Both the position numbers and the translations under genes were made by a program. This document shows positions 19,248 through 34,200 of a stretch of 64,000 bases of DNA, piece after piece. The notes under the pieces were generated by a model. The model ran no database searches. It was given only the letters and a program-made list of their open reading frames with translations, and had not been told where the DNA came from. Origin of the DNA: a virus (lineage: Duplodnaviria > Heunggongvirae > Uroviricota > Caudoviricetes). The stretch lies in the IMG/VR virus record IMGVR_UViG_3300027710_000009; one strand, 5' to 3'. Each line of letters starts with the position of its first letter. Position 1 is the stretch's first letter.

Positions 19248-22200
19248 ATGAGCATCAAAAGCATAAATCTTTTACCCGAAGTATTTCGTACAGAGCCTAA
19301 CCGCAAGTTTCTGGCAGCAACCATTGATCAGTTGATCAGTGAAGGCGATCAAAGTGTAAGATTAGATTCCTACATTGGTCGTAAAAATGCTCCCACTTGG
19401 AAAACTGGTGACACCTATGTGAAAGAAACCAATAGCGATAGACAAAATTATCAGCTTGAAACATCAGTCATTGTTGATGGTGGACAAGGCCGCACAGATT
19501 TTTACAGCAGTTATCTAGACCTATTGCAACAAATTGCATACTATGGTGGTATTACCACAGACCATAGCAGATTATTTGCCAATCAGAGTTATACATTTGA
19601 TGGATGTTTTGATGTTGATAAATTTGTAAACTTCAACAATTATCTATGGCTTCCAAATGGCCCACCAGAGATTACTATCACGGCTGGCAATCAAGACATT
19701 GCATTAGAATACAGTGTTGTTCGCAATCTCAATGCACGTGGATATCAGTTTACCGAGTATGGAGACAACAGAAATCCCATTATTACATTGGTAAAAGGTC
19801 AGTCTTACAAATTCTTAATCAACCAAACAGGAAATCCTTTTTGGATTCAAACAGCCGCTGGTGTATCAGGCACACTAGGGCCTGTTGCTGAACAGTTGAA
19901 CAGACAGATACTGGGACTAAGCAATAACGGAATTGATTCAGGCATACTTGAATTCAATGTGCCACTAGGTGATGCACAAGACGTACAGGTCACTGCTGTG
20001 TCTGCAGCCACAGTGGACTTTGCTACCACTGCCAGCTACAGCAAAATTCAAAGTTATTTGGTAAATCAACTGGCCAAACAAGGCGGCATTGACGGAGTAA
20101 GTCAAGGACTGAATGGAAAAACCCTTGTGTTTGCAAATGCAGATGTGGACAACGAACTGTGGAAAGATGCCGGCAATTTTGATTTTGACAAGTTTGACGA
20201 AACACCATTTGAATATGGCGAACTGGTGCCAGGCGAAAAACGTCGCTGGGTGTTCCGCATTCGTACAATTGATGTAGGAAACAATCGCCAAATTATAAAA
20301 CTTGATCCTATCACTGAAGTATTACCTGGCCAGAAAGTCTATGTAAAAGCCGGACAAAGATATTCCAACGTTGAATTATTGTTAAACAACAGTGGGTTCT
20401 ATGAAACTATAGATCCTATCACTGCACCGTTGGACACACTGTACTATCAAGACAATTCAGAGCCTGGCTTCTTTGGCATCATACGTTTGGTCAATCCAGG
20501 CACAGAAACCATCAACATTGACAATGACATCATTGGAACAGAAAACTATACCAGCCCTAATCAAGTTGTATTGACCAATGGCATGCATATCAAGTTTGAT
20601 AACACTGCTACTCCAGCAAGATATGCAAACAACAACTATATTGTTGAAGGTGTTGGCACAGCAATTAAACTAATCAACGTTGGTAATTTCACTGTGCCAG
20701 AACAATACGCAGTTGACAGCGGATTAGCGACTCCGGACTACATCACTATCAATCGTGCCAGCAAAGATCTCAATGCATGGAGCCGTAGCAATCGCTGGTT
20801 CCATATAAGCACCATTGAAGACGCCGCCAAATATAGAGAAGATCCAACACTGTTGGATCTATCAATGGTTCAGCGTGGCAAACGCCCAATTATTGAGTTT
20901 GATCCAAACATCTATTTGTTTGACTATGGCCGTACATCCAAGAGCCCAGTGGACATTATTGATTTTACAATAACCAATGCTTTCCAAGACGTTGAAGGTC
21001 AAGAGTACTATACAGTACGCATGCCTAACGGAATTGTTCGTCAGCTGACACCAGGTGTTCGAGTAATTTTTGCAGCCGACGATGATCTTGAAGTGCGCCG
21101 TAGAATATATCGAGTGGATTTTATCACAACATCAACTGGTAACAGAATTCACTTGGTAAGCCAAAACACACAAGATTTACCTGCATACGAAGTTGCTGGT
21201 GTAACTATTACCAGCAACTTGTCTTATAATTTTATACCAACTGTTACTTTTGCCAAGCCATTGCCAGGTATCGGCACACGAGTTGCACAAGGCAATGTGG
21301 TACTTAAAAATAGTGGAATTGAAAGCATTGATATTGCTTACGGTGGTGTCAACTTTATTGCTGATCCCTATATTAAAATCAACAGCGACTACATTGATCA
21401 AGTTCAAACAGAAATTAACTATCGCACATTCAAACAGATAGATTATGTTAGAATTGATTCTGCTGGTACCGGCTATACAACTACAACTCCTAACATCAGC
21501 ATTAGCAACCCAAATCAATATTGGGCAACAGTAACAAATGTGAGTCTTGGCACATCAGGTTTGACATTTGAAGTGGCAGCAGGTCCATTAATTAATCCTC
21601 CGACCACTGGTGTGATTCAAGTTGACGGATCTGGCAATGTGGTTGCTACATTTGGCAATATTGGACTTGGGTATTACCAAGCAAACGTGAGTGCAAGCAT
21701 CAGCGCCCCAACTGCACCTGCAGGCACAGTACCAGTTGTAAACAATGTTTATTTGTATGCAAATGGAGCAATTAAATCTATTAGATTAAGCAGTTATGGA
21801 TCCGGATACCTAACTGCGCCTACTATTACATTCACTGGCGCAAACACCTACACTGCTTCAGTAACTACAGTTGGTCGAGTTACAACATCTGCCACATTGT
21901 GGGATTTCCTAACACCGGGATATCAAATTATTGCCAATGGTATCATTGGTGGCACAATCGTTTCTGCAATTGACAATGAAGCAAATTTAATTACAATCAA
22001 TGCGCCAGCTGTGTCTGCAAATCTAGAAGCTGCCACTCCATTAACTGGAGTAAGCACAGTTTCAGTTGGTGATTTGTGGACCTTCAAAGCCAATGCAACT
22101 GCTGGCACATTTGCAACTGCCACAGCAACACAATTGGCCAGCAAATCAGTCAAAGTCAACGATACCAGCATGTTAGATGTTGGAATGGTTATAAGTGGCG

Positions 22201-25200
22201 GTATTGACCCAGTATTGATTTCTGATATTCGTATTGATGTTGTTCCAACAAGAATTATTACTGCGTCTAACCACGGATTTGTTGACAAAGACCTTGTCTA
22301 CATACGAAATATTGTAGGCACAGTAGAACTAAACTTTTCTCGATACTATGTCAAGCGCATTAGTGAAAATGCAATTGACTTGTATGCAAGCAGTGACTTG
22401 TCAGACGCATCAGCGCAAGACTCTCGTAACTTTACAGATTATCTAAGTGGCGGACAGATAACTGCGTACACCATTGACTATGCAACTACTAGAGTAACAA
22501 AAGTATTGAGCGAAACTGAATTTGAAGTTAATCGTGAAATTAGTATTCTTAACGGAACCAAACTAGTGTTTGGTGGTGTGCCAGCACAGTCTGTTGCTCG
22601 CAGTGATGGTAACGCAATCTATAACATCAGCATTACGGAACCTGGCAGTGGATATACCACGGTTCCAAACGTAACAATTGAATCTAGCCTTGGCAATCAA
22701 GCAGTTGCATCCGCTATTACAAATGATAATATCATTAATTATATCCGTATTGTTGATCCTGGTACAGGATACACAGTGTCGTCGGCTACCACAGCCGACA
22801 TTATCAGTGAAGTAGAAGTTTTAACTTCGGCAGTTTCTACCTACGGATCAACAACATTGTATTTTGACAATGCCGACGATTTGCTTCCTGTACAAACAGG
22901 ATGGTTGGCATTTTTAGTATCAACCATTAATGGAGAAGAAATTCTCACAGACTTTGGACAAGAGCCATATGCGGCAACTGATACCACAGGACCAAATACA
23001 AACACGTTCCAGTCATTCATGGACGTGAGTAAAACTACTGCCATTGTTCGATCAGTTATCAATGTTGACAGTGATCAAATTATTCTAAGCGGTCCAATTA
23101 ATGCTCAGGACAGCGACGGCGAGTTGATTGACCTCCCAGCTGGGTCACGTATCGTGTTCACTGCCCAGAATAGATTTTTTACCACAGAAGGTGTAGGAAG
23201 TAGCGCAAGATTTAACGGCCATACAAAAACTGGATTTATTAGTGTTAATGAATTGGTTGACGAAACTGTCATGGCACTAGATAATGTAAATGGTGTCCAG
23301 CCAGGCATGTTGGTTGGAGATCTGGCCGGGTTACTGCCTGCAGGTATTCAAGTCCGCACAGTTGATGCATATACCAGAAGAATTACACTAAACAATTCTG
23401 TTACCCTTCCGTCGCTGACGCAGGTAACATTCAGTGATTTTGTACAAGCAACACCAGCTGTGGCACCTGCAGAAATTAGCAGTATCACCATTACTGATCC
23501 AGGACTGGGTTATGTGCATGCACCTGAGATAATCATACAGGCGCTGGTGCCTGTGGTAGAATTAATTGGTGCCTGCACCGGAAGTGATCAATTGGCCACG
23601 TACCTGGATCCAATCACATTAGATCCAGTGCTTTATCAATCTGGAAACGTAATTATTGTTGATAGCTATGATGGTGTAGTGATTGGCAGCAAGTTGACCA
23701 GTAACTATAATAATCAAGGCGTAGGTGTAACCACTGGTGCAGATCGACCAACAGTTGTGGCACTGGTATTAGAACAAACAGCCAGCGCAGTGTTTGAACC
23801 AAGAATTGTAATTGATAAAAAACAGTCAGAGTTCAACGACATCATTATTACATTCACACAAGCCGCTGAAGGTGTGGCACAGATTGTTCAATACAATAAT
23901 GCAATTGATTATCAAGATGACACACCAGAAACATATGATGTTGACGACACTGTTGTTGTCAACATTCCTGCCAATCAGGAACAAACAACAACAAATGTGA
24001 TAGCATACAATCAATTTTATTTTGATGGTATTGCTTGGTCACCAAGTCAACAAAAACAAGATACAAATCAAGAACCATTGTATGATGCATTTGATACCAA
24101 TGGGGATAGTGCCGGTGACACATCAGTGTACCAGGGAACTAAATTTATTGGAACTAGAATTTTTGGTTACAAGTTGGGTGCTGGAAAAAGCGACAATGTA
24201 TTGAATTTTCCATTGAGTTATAAGAATTTTGAAAACGTTGGTGATATTGAATTTAGTAATTATTTCCAGACTGACTCGTTCAACTTCTTGGACGGATTTG
24301 CTGAAACAAATACTCCTATCAGTAACTTTGTTCTAAAACAACAAACAGAATCTGGCAATGTACAATTGAGAAATATTTGGACGCCAATTGGAACTGACAG
24401 CAAACAGTACCAATTGATTTCTCATGAATTTAACGGAACTACCAATTACTTTGAATTGGATGTAAAAGAAGAGATCAGTCAAGAAATTCCTTACCTCAAA
24501 GTATATGTAAACAACACTCGTTTATTAGAAACGCAATACACTGTTGAGCAATCTGGTGCAAGAACCGCAGTGGTGATTCCTGCTAGTTCGTTGGTCGTTG
24601 GACAGCAAATAACAATCAAAGTATACAGTAAACAGCAAAGTCTATTGGGTCATTATCAAACTCCGGTGAACCTAGATACCAATCCGCTGAATAGCAATTT
24701 TGAAAGCCTGACCCTAGGACAAATTAGAAATCATCTAGTAACCAAAGTAGACAATCATTATGGCATTGTTGGACCAGCTCTTGGCAAAAACAATCTACGA
24801 GATCTGTACAATAAAAATTGGCAAGGAAGTATTCTCCAACACGCAAGTCCAGTGAGTCTAGCAAGTTTGTTCTTGGTAGATCAAGACCTAAACATTATAC
24901 AAGCCGTTGAGTTTGCACAAAAAGAATACACCAAGTTCAAGAACAAATTCATTGACATGACTTCTAGACTGCAAATTGATACATTGGATATTCCAGGAAG
25001 TGTAGATCTAATATTGAAGTCATTGATGTCAGGCAAGAGTCCGGCAAGCCCATGGTATGACAGCGACATGGTGCCTTACGGTAACAAGTTCCGTAAAGTA
25101 ACAAAATTGCCAATCCTGAACATTAGACAACGAACATATCTAATTCCTAGTGCATTTGATTTGTCAACAATCTCTCGACAGTCGGTATTAATATACATTA

Positions 25201-28200
25201 GAGACTCTGCAACTCGACAGCACCGCCAGTTACTTAATGAAATAGATTTTGATTTTTCACGTGAAACATCAAGCATTGTTCTCAACGCCAATGTGGATTT
25301 AACATACACTAGCGAATTGCAAATAGTAGAATATTCAACCACCGTTGAAAATTACATTCCTGAGACTCCAACCAAACTTGGAATGTATCCAAAATACACT
25401 CCTCGAATTTATGTAGACAACACCTATAGACAACCAACTTTAGTTGTTGAAGGGCATGATGGCAGTATCACACCTGCATTCAATGACTACAGAGATTTAT
25501 TGTTACTGGAACTTGAATCTCGCATCTATAATAACATCAAGGTTCGTTACGAAGATACCTTGCTTGAGATATACGATACGATTCCTGGCAAATACAGAGA
25601 AACTGATTACTCTCGTCAAGAGTGGAATCAACTGTTGAGCAGATCTTTCTTGGGATGGATAGGGACCAACAGACTAGACTACAGTGCCAACGATTTCTTT
25701 AATGCTAACGATCCATGGACATGGAATTACGGAAAATTTGTTGATCGCACTGGCGAAAAACTGCCAGGACACTGGCGTGGAGTTTACAAGTACTACTACG
25801 ACACAGACCGTCCACACACCCATCCGTGGGAAATGTTAGGCTTCAGCGAAAGACCTAGTTACTGGAATGATCGTTATGGCCCAGCACCATACACTAGTGG
25901 TAACAGAGTACTATGGGAAGATATTCAATCAGGCTACATCCATTCAGGTGCTAGAGCAGGTATTGACAAAAGATTTGCTCGCCCTGACCTAACAAAAATA
26001 ATTCCGGTGGATGACACAGGTGAATTGCTTGATCCTTTGAGACTTGGACTGAGTAGTATCACTGCTCTTGAAACATCGTCACCATTCAGTATTGGTGACA
26101 ATGGCCCAGTAGAAACTGCATGGAGGCGTAGCAGTGACTATACCTATGCAGTTCAGCTGGCATTGATACTAGCACGACCAGCATTCTATCTTGGAACGCA
26201 GTTTGATAATAGTCGATATCGCTTTGACTCAGGCCTTGGGCAGATCACCGACAGGGAAACTCGTCAAAGATTAATACCAAGACTAATTAAAGTGCCAGAG
26301 TCTGGCCTTAAAGGTCAGGAAGTTGTACTAACTGCTGGTTACAGCAATTGGATAAGAGACTATCTTGCACAACAGGGTGTAGATGGTAGTGCCAAGATGC
26401 GTGACTATTTCTTGCGTATGGACGTGAGATTAAGTTACAAGATGGGCGGCTTTACTGACAAGAAAATGTTAGAAGTGGTGGCCGAGCAAAGCAGTCCCGG
26501 CGGCAGCGGACGAAATATCATTGTGCCTGATGAAAACTATCGTGTGTACTTGCACAAGAGTACCCCTACCAAACGTTTGGCCTATAGTGCAGTTATCATT
26601 GAAGTCAGTGACAATGGTTGGAAAGTCAGCGGTTACAATAGCACAACTCCATATTTTACTATTATTCCTAGTCAGGTCAACAACAACGGTTACGCACTCA
26701 AGGAACTAAAAGTTGGAGTAACGGTGTACAAGGATTACCAGCTACGAAAGCTGATAGTGCCGTACGGTTACGAATTTAATACTCATCAACAGTTGTCAGA
26801 CTTTTTGACCAGTTACGGTAGATATCTGACATCACTTGGATTTGTATTTGATGAATTCAACAATGATCTTGAAGTTGTAAAAGACTGGGATCTAAGTATT
26901 AGAGAATTCCTAACCTGGAGTCAGCAAGGCTGGAAACAGGGAAGCATTATTGTAGTAAGTCCAATTGGCGGTAAAATCAGTGTGGCGTCTGACTACGGTG
27001 TGGTTGATCAAGTGACCAATAAAAATACTGGCAATCGTTTACTTGATCAAAATTTCAGCTTGATTCGCCAAGGCAACTACAGCGTGAGTCGCGACGGTGG
27101 ATTGTTCACTGCATCGGCAGCATTTGGAAAAATGATTGCGTTGGCAGACCTAAGTTTGGTCGAATACGAACATGTTCTAATTTTTGATAACCAAACAGTT
27201 TTTAGTGATGTTATCAATCAGCCCGAAATTGGCAATAGACAATACCGCTTGAAACTGACCGGCTACAAGAGTGGAGAATGGAATGGGCAACTCAATGCAC
27301 CTGGTTATATCTACAACAATGACACTGTTAATGCATGGCAAGCTGGCAAATCCTACAATATAGGAAGCCTGGTAGAATACAAAAATCAATATTTTATTGC
27401 ACTACAAAAAGTACCAGAAACAACCACGTTTGACTTTAACTACTGGAAGCCAATTGATAGGAACAAGATAAAAACTGGTCTATTGACCAACTTCTCTAAT
27501 TCTGCAAATCGTTTACGTCAGATCTATGATACTGATCAAATGAAACGCAATGAGGACTTTGACAACTATTCTACAGGACTGATTGGTTTTAGAAATCGTG
27601 AATTCCTGCAGGATCTAGGCATTGACAAAACTTCACAGGTAAAGTTTTACCAAGGCTACATCAAACAGAAAGGCACAAAAAATGCCATCAACAGTTTGAC
27701 AGCAGGTCAATTTGATCGTGTGACCAGTGCAATTACACTTTATGAAGAGTGGGCATTGCGTGTGGGCGAGTACGGAGCAACTGGCAGTGATCAGTACATT
27801 GAAGTTGAGCTGGACGAACAATCCTTTACTGATGATCCAAGTACCATTAACTTCTTGAACTTTGGCGATGCTAATGCACCTGGTGCTATCAACTTTACAC
27901 CTTACACAATCTATCGCGGCTCAGAAGAAGTGTACAACAAAAACATTGTTAAGGCTAGAAATGATCTATTGCCTCGCATTGGAGATAATGTAACAGCAGG
28001 ATATCCTCGACTGGACGATGTTGATGGAACCATATACGATATTTCAAATTATCAAAATTATTTTGGACTGGTAGACACTCTTGGCTCAGGATACAAGCTC
28101 TGGGTTGGTGTTGACAATGACAAGAGTTGGAATGTGTATCGAGCAACAGAAACTGACGTGTTGCTACTCAGTATCACTAGAACAAACACAAGTCAGTTGT

Positions 28201-31200
28201 TGTTTGTGTTTGACAAACCTCACGGAACTGCCGCTAAAGAATTAATTGTTATTAAAAACTTTGACGACAATCAATTTGACGGATTTTATGTTGTAACATC
28301 TGTGCAAGACAACTTGAGTGCATTAGTTACTGGTTACAGAAATCTTGATACATTTGCGCAGATTCAAACTGTGGAAAGTTCGGGTGTGTACTTCCGAATG
28401 GTCAATGTTCGCTTTGATCAAGTGAGTGAAATCATTGATTTTACTCCACCACATGGATGGAGAAATGAAGATCGTGTGTGGATTGACAATGACACCAGTG
28501 ATAATTATTGGGGCGTGTTCCAGAAAATAGACGGATGGGAATTCAATCAACTATTGCCACTTCGTCAGGGCGAAGATCGTTTTCTAGAAGGGTACGGTAA
28601 AGAAGTTAGACTCAGTGTTGACAATCAGATTATTCTTGCTGGTACACCAAACTACACAAATGGTTCGTTGAGCGGATTGAAAGTCCTTGATCCAGGTGCA
28701 AACTATGATAGCCCTACGGTTAGAATTGGATCTCCAACAGGACTAAACGGTCAGCAAGCATTGTTCTCTGTAGTTAAAAGCAATGGGGCATTGACCAAAG
28801 CCAATGTATTGGTTGCTGGATCAGGTTATACTATTGCACCAAATGTAACAATCATTGATGAATGGAATACTGTAACCACAGCAGAAACATTAAACACCGC
28901 CGAGATTTATTTGTCCTCGGGTGATATGAGTAAAATATATGTTGGTGACTATGTGTCTGGCACTGGCATTCCGTTTGAAACTCAGGTTACTGAAATTGAC
29001 GTACCCAATAATTTAATTGAAGTACAAGGTCCAAATTACAGCGGGTTGGTATCTGCGACCAGCATTACTGTGGCAACAGGTACAATATCATTTACCACTG
29101 GAATAACAGCAACGTCAACTCCAATTGTGGCAGGCGATGGTATTCGAGCTTATGTATCAGGCGACCTAACCACGTATCTTGAAGGTTATGTTGAAAGTTT
29201 TGTGGGAACAGTATTGACAGCAAACATTCAAATCACAGCTGGATCTGGTACCCACAGCAGTTGGCTTATTGCAACATCATTGAGTGTTAGAAACAATACT
29301 CCTATTCGATTCTATAGAGGTGCTGGCGGCCGCGCAATCGCCAGCCTCACACCCACTGGAGTTGATGCTATTCAGGTAATTGATGGCGGCAGCGGATTTG
29401 TACAAACACCAGTGGTACAAATCATTGGCGGTGGCGGATTTGGCGCACAAGCAACTGCGGTACTGTCAGGAAACTTCATTGAAAAAATTACTGTTACCAA
29501 TCCAGGCAGCGGATATACAGAAGCTCCTTCTGTGCTATTGCTTACCAATAACCCAACTCCTGTTAATTTAGTAGCACGGTTACAGTTAACCACAGTAAAC
29601 AGCATAGTGGTAACTGACAAAGGTGAAGACTATCGTGATCCTACAATTAATATTTCTACACATTCTTTAGACACAAGTTCTAGTGCTATTGGTACACTGG
29701 CATTTTATGGCAACGGTGGCGTACAAAGTATTACATTTGCCAGCAGTACTGATCGAGGTACCAGCTATGGCTCAGGCACTACCGTTACTATTGCCAACAG
29801 TGCAACCGGAAGTGGATTTGTTGGAACTGTTGCAACATTTGCCAATGGTAAAGTAAATTCTATAACTGTATCAGTTCCAGGCAGCGGCTACGAAACTGCA
29901 TTTGCTAAAGCTAACATTTTTTATGCTGGCGGCAGCGGCGCAACAGGAAATATTGGTAGAACTATTGATGGTATTAGTAACTTTACCGGAGCCACAGTTG
30001 TCAGCTACGGACAAGGCTACCTAGCGGCTCCTACTGTGGAAGTGATTGATCAAAGTGGTGCAGGCGCTGGAGCCATTGTAGAGCCAATTTTCCCAACTGG
30101 TCAAGTGAAAACATTCTTGCGCCCAGATCAAGGATCTTACACAATTGAAGAAACTCAGCTGATCAAGCCATTTAACAGTGATGCTCGAGAGTTTGGTTTC
30201 AGTATTGATATTGGAACCATATTGGCTGCAATTGGTGCGCCAGGCACATATAAAGAACAAGGTGGTGTGTTTGTTTCACAAACACTAGGAAGTCAGTGGA
30301 TCAGTTATCAAATGATTTTCCCTGGTGGACTAAGTGACGGCGATAGATTTGGCCACAGTGTGGCCATGAGCAATGATCAACAATGGATATACATTGGGGC
30401 ACCGGGTGCAAACAAAGTGTATTGTTATGGTAAGAAAACTCAAACTTTTACACGAGTAACTCTTATTCCAGTAGTTGGACAAATCACATACGGCACAAAT
30501 TTGCTTGGACTCAAGAGTGCAAACGAGATTAAAGTTCTAGGAGCCAATGGTAAATTATTTGAACCAAACTTTGACTACACTGTGGATAATGCAGGTGGTA
30601 TTTTCTTTGCTGATTTTGATCGCATTGCATCACAAACGGCTGTTTATATCACACGTCAACGTTTACAAACCACAATAATTCCAACAGTTATACGTAACTT
30701 GACCACACGTAGTTATGCACTTGAGTCAACTCCAGAAACCATTGACCAGTTACTGGTGTACGGTGCTACTGGTCGAGTGTTTGTACCAAACAAAGAATTT
30801 ATAGTGGTTGGCAGTAATATTGTATTCTTAGATGATGAATTTTTAACAGAACCAAGCATTGTGGTTGTTCAACGAGATCTATTCTATCAGTTGGTTGATG
30901 TAATTGAGCCACCAGACGCTATCAACAGCGATGCCAACTTTGGGTGGGCAGTGCGTTGCGATCAAGGTGGTTATAGAATTATTGTTGGCGCACCCGACAC
31001 AGATGACCTGGATGAGGAAGACAACACAATTCCATCTGCTGGACGCACATATGTGTTTAGCCGCAGTTATGAAGTTATTCTAAGTCTAGGCGATAAGAAA
31101 GTCTTTACGTTTGATCAATTGCGAAATGTAGCATCATTTAGTATTGACAACACATTATTGACCAATTTGGTAGACTATACAATTGAAAACAATTCTGTCA

Positions 31201-34200
31201 TCTTAACTAATTTTCCGCGCAACGGCGCAACAATCACAGCCGATACAAACTTTTTTAACTTGATACAAACAATTCCATGTCCAACTGTTGTTAATCTAGG
31301 ACGATTTGGTGCATCAGTTGATATTGCTCCTGACAACAAGAGTCTGGCTGTTGGTAGTCCTGGTTATCGTGACGAGAATTATTACAACGGGCAAGTATAC
31401 CGTTATGTAAACAAAGGATTGTTCTATGGCACTGTGACCACAGACAAAACTTTCCTACAAACAAATGTTGAGCTGGGCCAAACAATCAGAATCAACAATA
31501 GACTTGCAACCTTTACTTCAGTGGTACCGGGCACTCAAACCAACGTAACAGCGGCGTATGGTTCAACCGGAACTGAAATTTCTCTAGTGAGCAATGTTGG
31601 CTTAGCCATTGGTGATAGAATCATCGGACCAGACATTGATGCTGGATTGGGTTTACAAATTGTTGGTTGGGGTCCTGCAACCCCTGGCATGTTTAGTAAT
31701 ATTGCAGTCAATACTCCAGTTACAGTCACTAGTGGTGATTCATTACAATTTACTAGATTTGGTGATAATATTTCTAAAATTAGACGCAACATTGAGTCTG
31801 CCAATGCTGTGGCTGTGGAAACAGTGCAAAACGAAAACGGAACACTTACCATTAGAGTCAGCGAAGACAGCAATCTTCGAGTACTTGACATTTTACCAGG
31901 CAACAGCGGCACAGCACTTGACGGCATCGGATTACGTATCTATGAACTAACACAAACAATTGGTCACCCACGCTACGGTGTACCAGAAAAGTTTGGTACA
32001 AAAGTAAGCATTGACGACACAGGTCTAACTGTGGCAATTGCCAGTGAAGGCGGTAACACACTAAAGACCAGTACCTTTGACAAACAAACAACTGAGTTTG
32101 ATACAGATACCACACGATTCATTGACAGTTTGAATGCATCTGGTGCTGTGTACCTTTATGATTATTTGAATCCTCCTGGCGAAACTTTAGAAAATCCAGG
32201 CAAATTGCTATACAATCAAGTGTTACAAAATGCCTTTGTATTAACTGGTGATAATTTTGGTAGTTCAATTGATATCAATCGCGGATGGGCATTGGTCGGC
32301 GCAGAATTCAGCAACTACCATAGCATCAAAGCAGGCGCAGTACACATGTTCATCAATGAAGGAAATGTCAAAGGATGGAGCAGATTACGCAGCCGCGGCG
32401 AAGAAGTTGATATTGATTACATTAACAGTATCATGCTTTATGATAAAGTTAAACAAGTTAATGTTCAAGACTTGGATTACTTTGATCCAGCAAAAGGAAA
32501 AATACTTGGCATTGCAGACCAAGATTTAGATTACAAGAGCAGTTATGATCCTGCTGCCTACAACCGAGGAACTCGTTCTTCTGTGACTATTGCGACAGAT
32601 TCATACTGGACTTCGTTACAAGAAGGCCAAACCTGGTGGGATCTAAGCCTTTGCCGTTACGTCAACTATGAACAAGGCAGTTTGAATTATAGGACCACAC
32701 ACTGGGGAGAACTATTCCCAGACAGTAAAATTCAAGTTTGTGAATGGGTGTCAAGTTTAGTGTTGCCAAGCGAGTATGCAAGTACCACCGGCGACGGCGA
32801 AGCCAAGTACCCTGACAACAGTGCCTACACTGAACAAACCTATTACGACAGTTCTAGTAGTTTAATTAAAACCAGATACTACTTCTGGGTAATTAACAAA
32901 CAGATGTTTGACCGTACTAAGACTTCTCGAAACAACAGTATTGTCACACTTGAAAGTTTAATTCGAGATCCACAAGCTCAGGGTATTGCGTTTGCAGCCG
33001 CGATTGCCCCTAATGCATTCAATATCTACAATTTCAAACAATACTTGAAATCGTCTGACACTGTGTTCCGCGTGGATTATAGTCGCAGACTTGGTGACAT
33101 TATTAGTCACAACGAATTTGAATTAATTCAACAAGGAAATAGAAATAGCAGTATTCCTAGCAAATTAATTAGCAAACTGATTGACAGTTTGTCTGGTGAA
33201 AATAGCACAGGCGCAGTGGTTCCTGATCTAAGACTAACTGATGCAGACGCTTATGGCATCAGTGATCTTCCTCGCCAGAGTATGATACGCAACAATCTTG
33301 ACGCGGCAAAAGTTTTTGTGTCTTTTGTAAACAATGTGCTCAGTTCACAACTTGTGACCAATAGACGAAACTTTACCCGTTTACTTAAAGAAGAACCAAT
33401 TCCGGCTGCTGGTGTAGGATTTTATGACGCCTCTGTAGACAGCGTTGACCAACTGTTGTATATTCCAGATAGTGAACTGTTTGTAGGATTCAAAGTTCTT
33501 GTCACAAGTGACAGCGATTTTTACAATTACTGGACTGTGTATGAATACAGTCAGTTTGTTGGTTTCCGAATGATTCGCATCCAAAGCTATGATACTACAC
33601 GTTGGTGGAATTATGTCAACTGGTATGCACCTGGCTATGATCAATATCTCAACATTGATTTTGTAGTTCCTCGCTATGTAGATGTCTATGCCTTGAGCCT
33701 GCAAGCAGGGCAAACAGTTAAAGTTTTAGACAGCGGCAAAGGCACGTACACAGTATATGAATATACCACTAGCGGTAACCTTGTTGAAGTTGCAGTTGAA
33801 AACGGAACAATACAACTAAGCACTGGTTTGTATGATCCTGCACAAAGTCGCATTGGATTTGACAACAGTGCGTTTGACCAAGTTGGATTCAGCACAACAC
33901 AAAGTGTAGAACTGCGTAACATTTTTGAAGCCTTGGTCAATGACATCTTCATTGATGAGAATCTGGTAGAGCTAAACAACTTGTTCTTTACCTTGCTGAA
34001 CTATATCTTGAGCGAGCAAATTGTGGTTGATTGGGCTATCAAAACCAGCTTGATTACCATACTGCACAGAATTCGTAAACTAGAACAGTTTACAAACTAC
34101 ATCAAAGACAATCAGGACTACTACGAACAGTACATCAATGAAGTCAAGCCTTATCGTAGTCAGATACGTGAATATCTATTGGACTACGAAGGACTTGACG

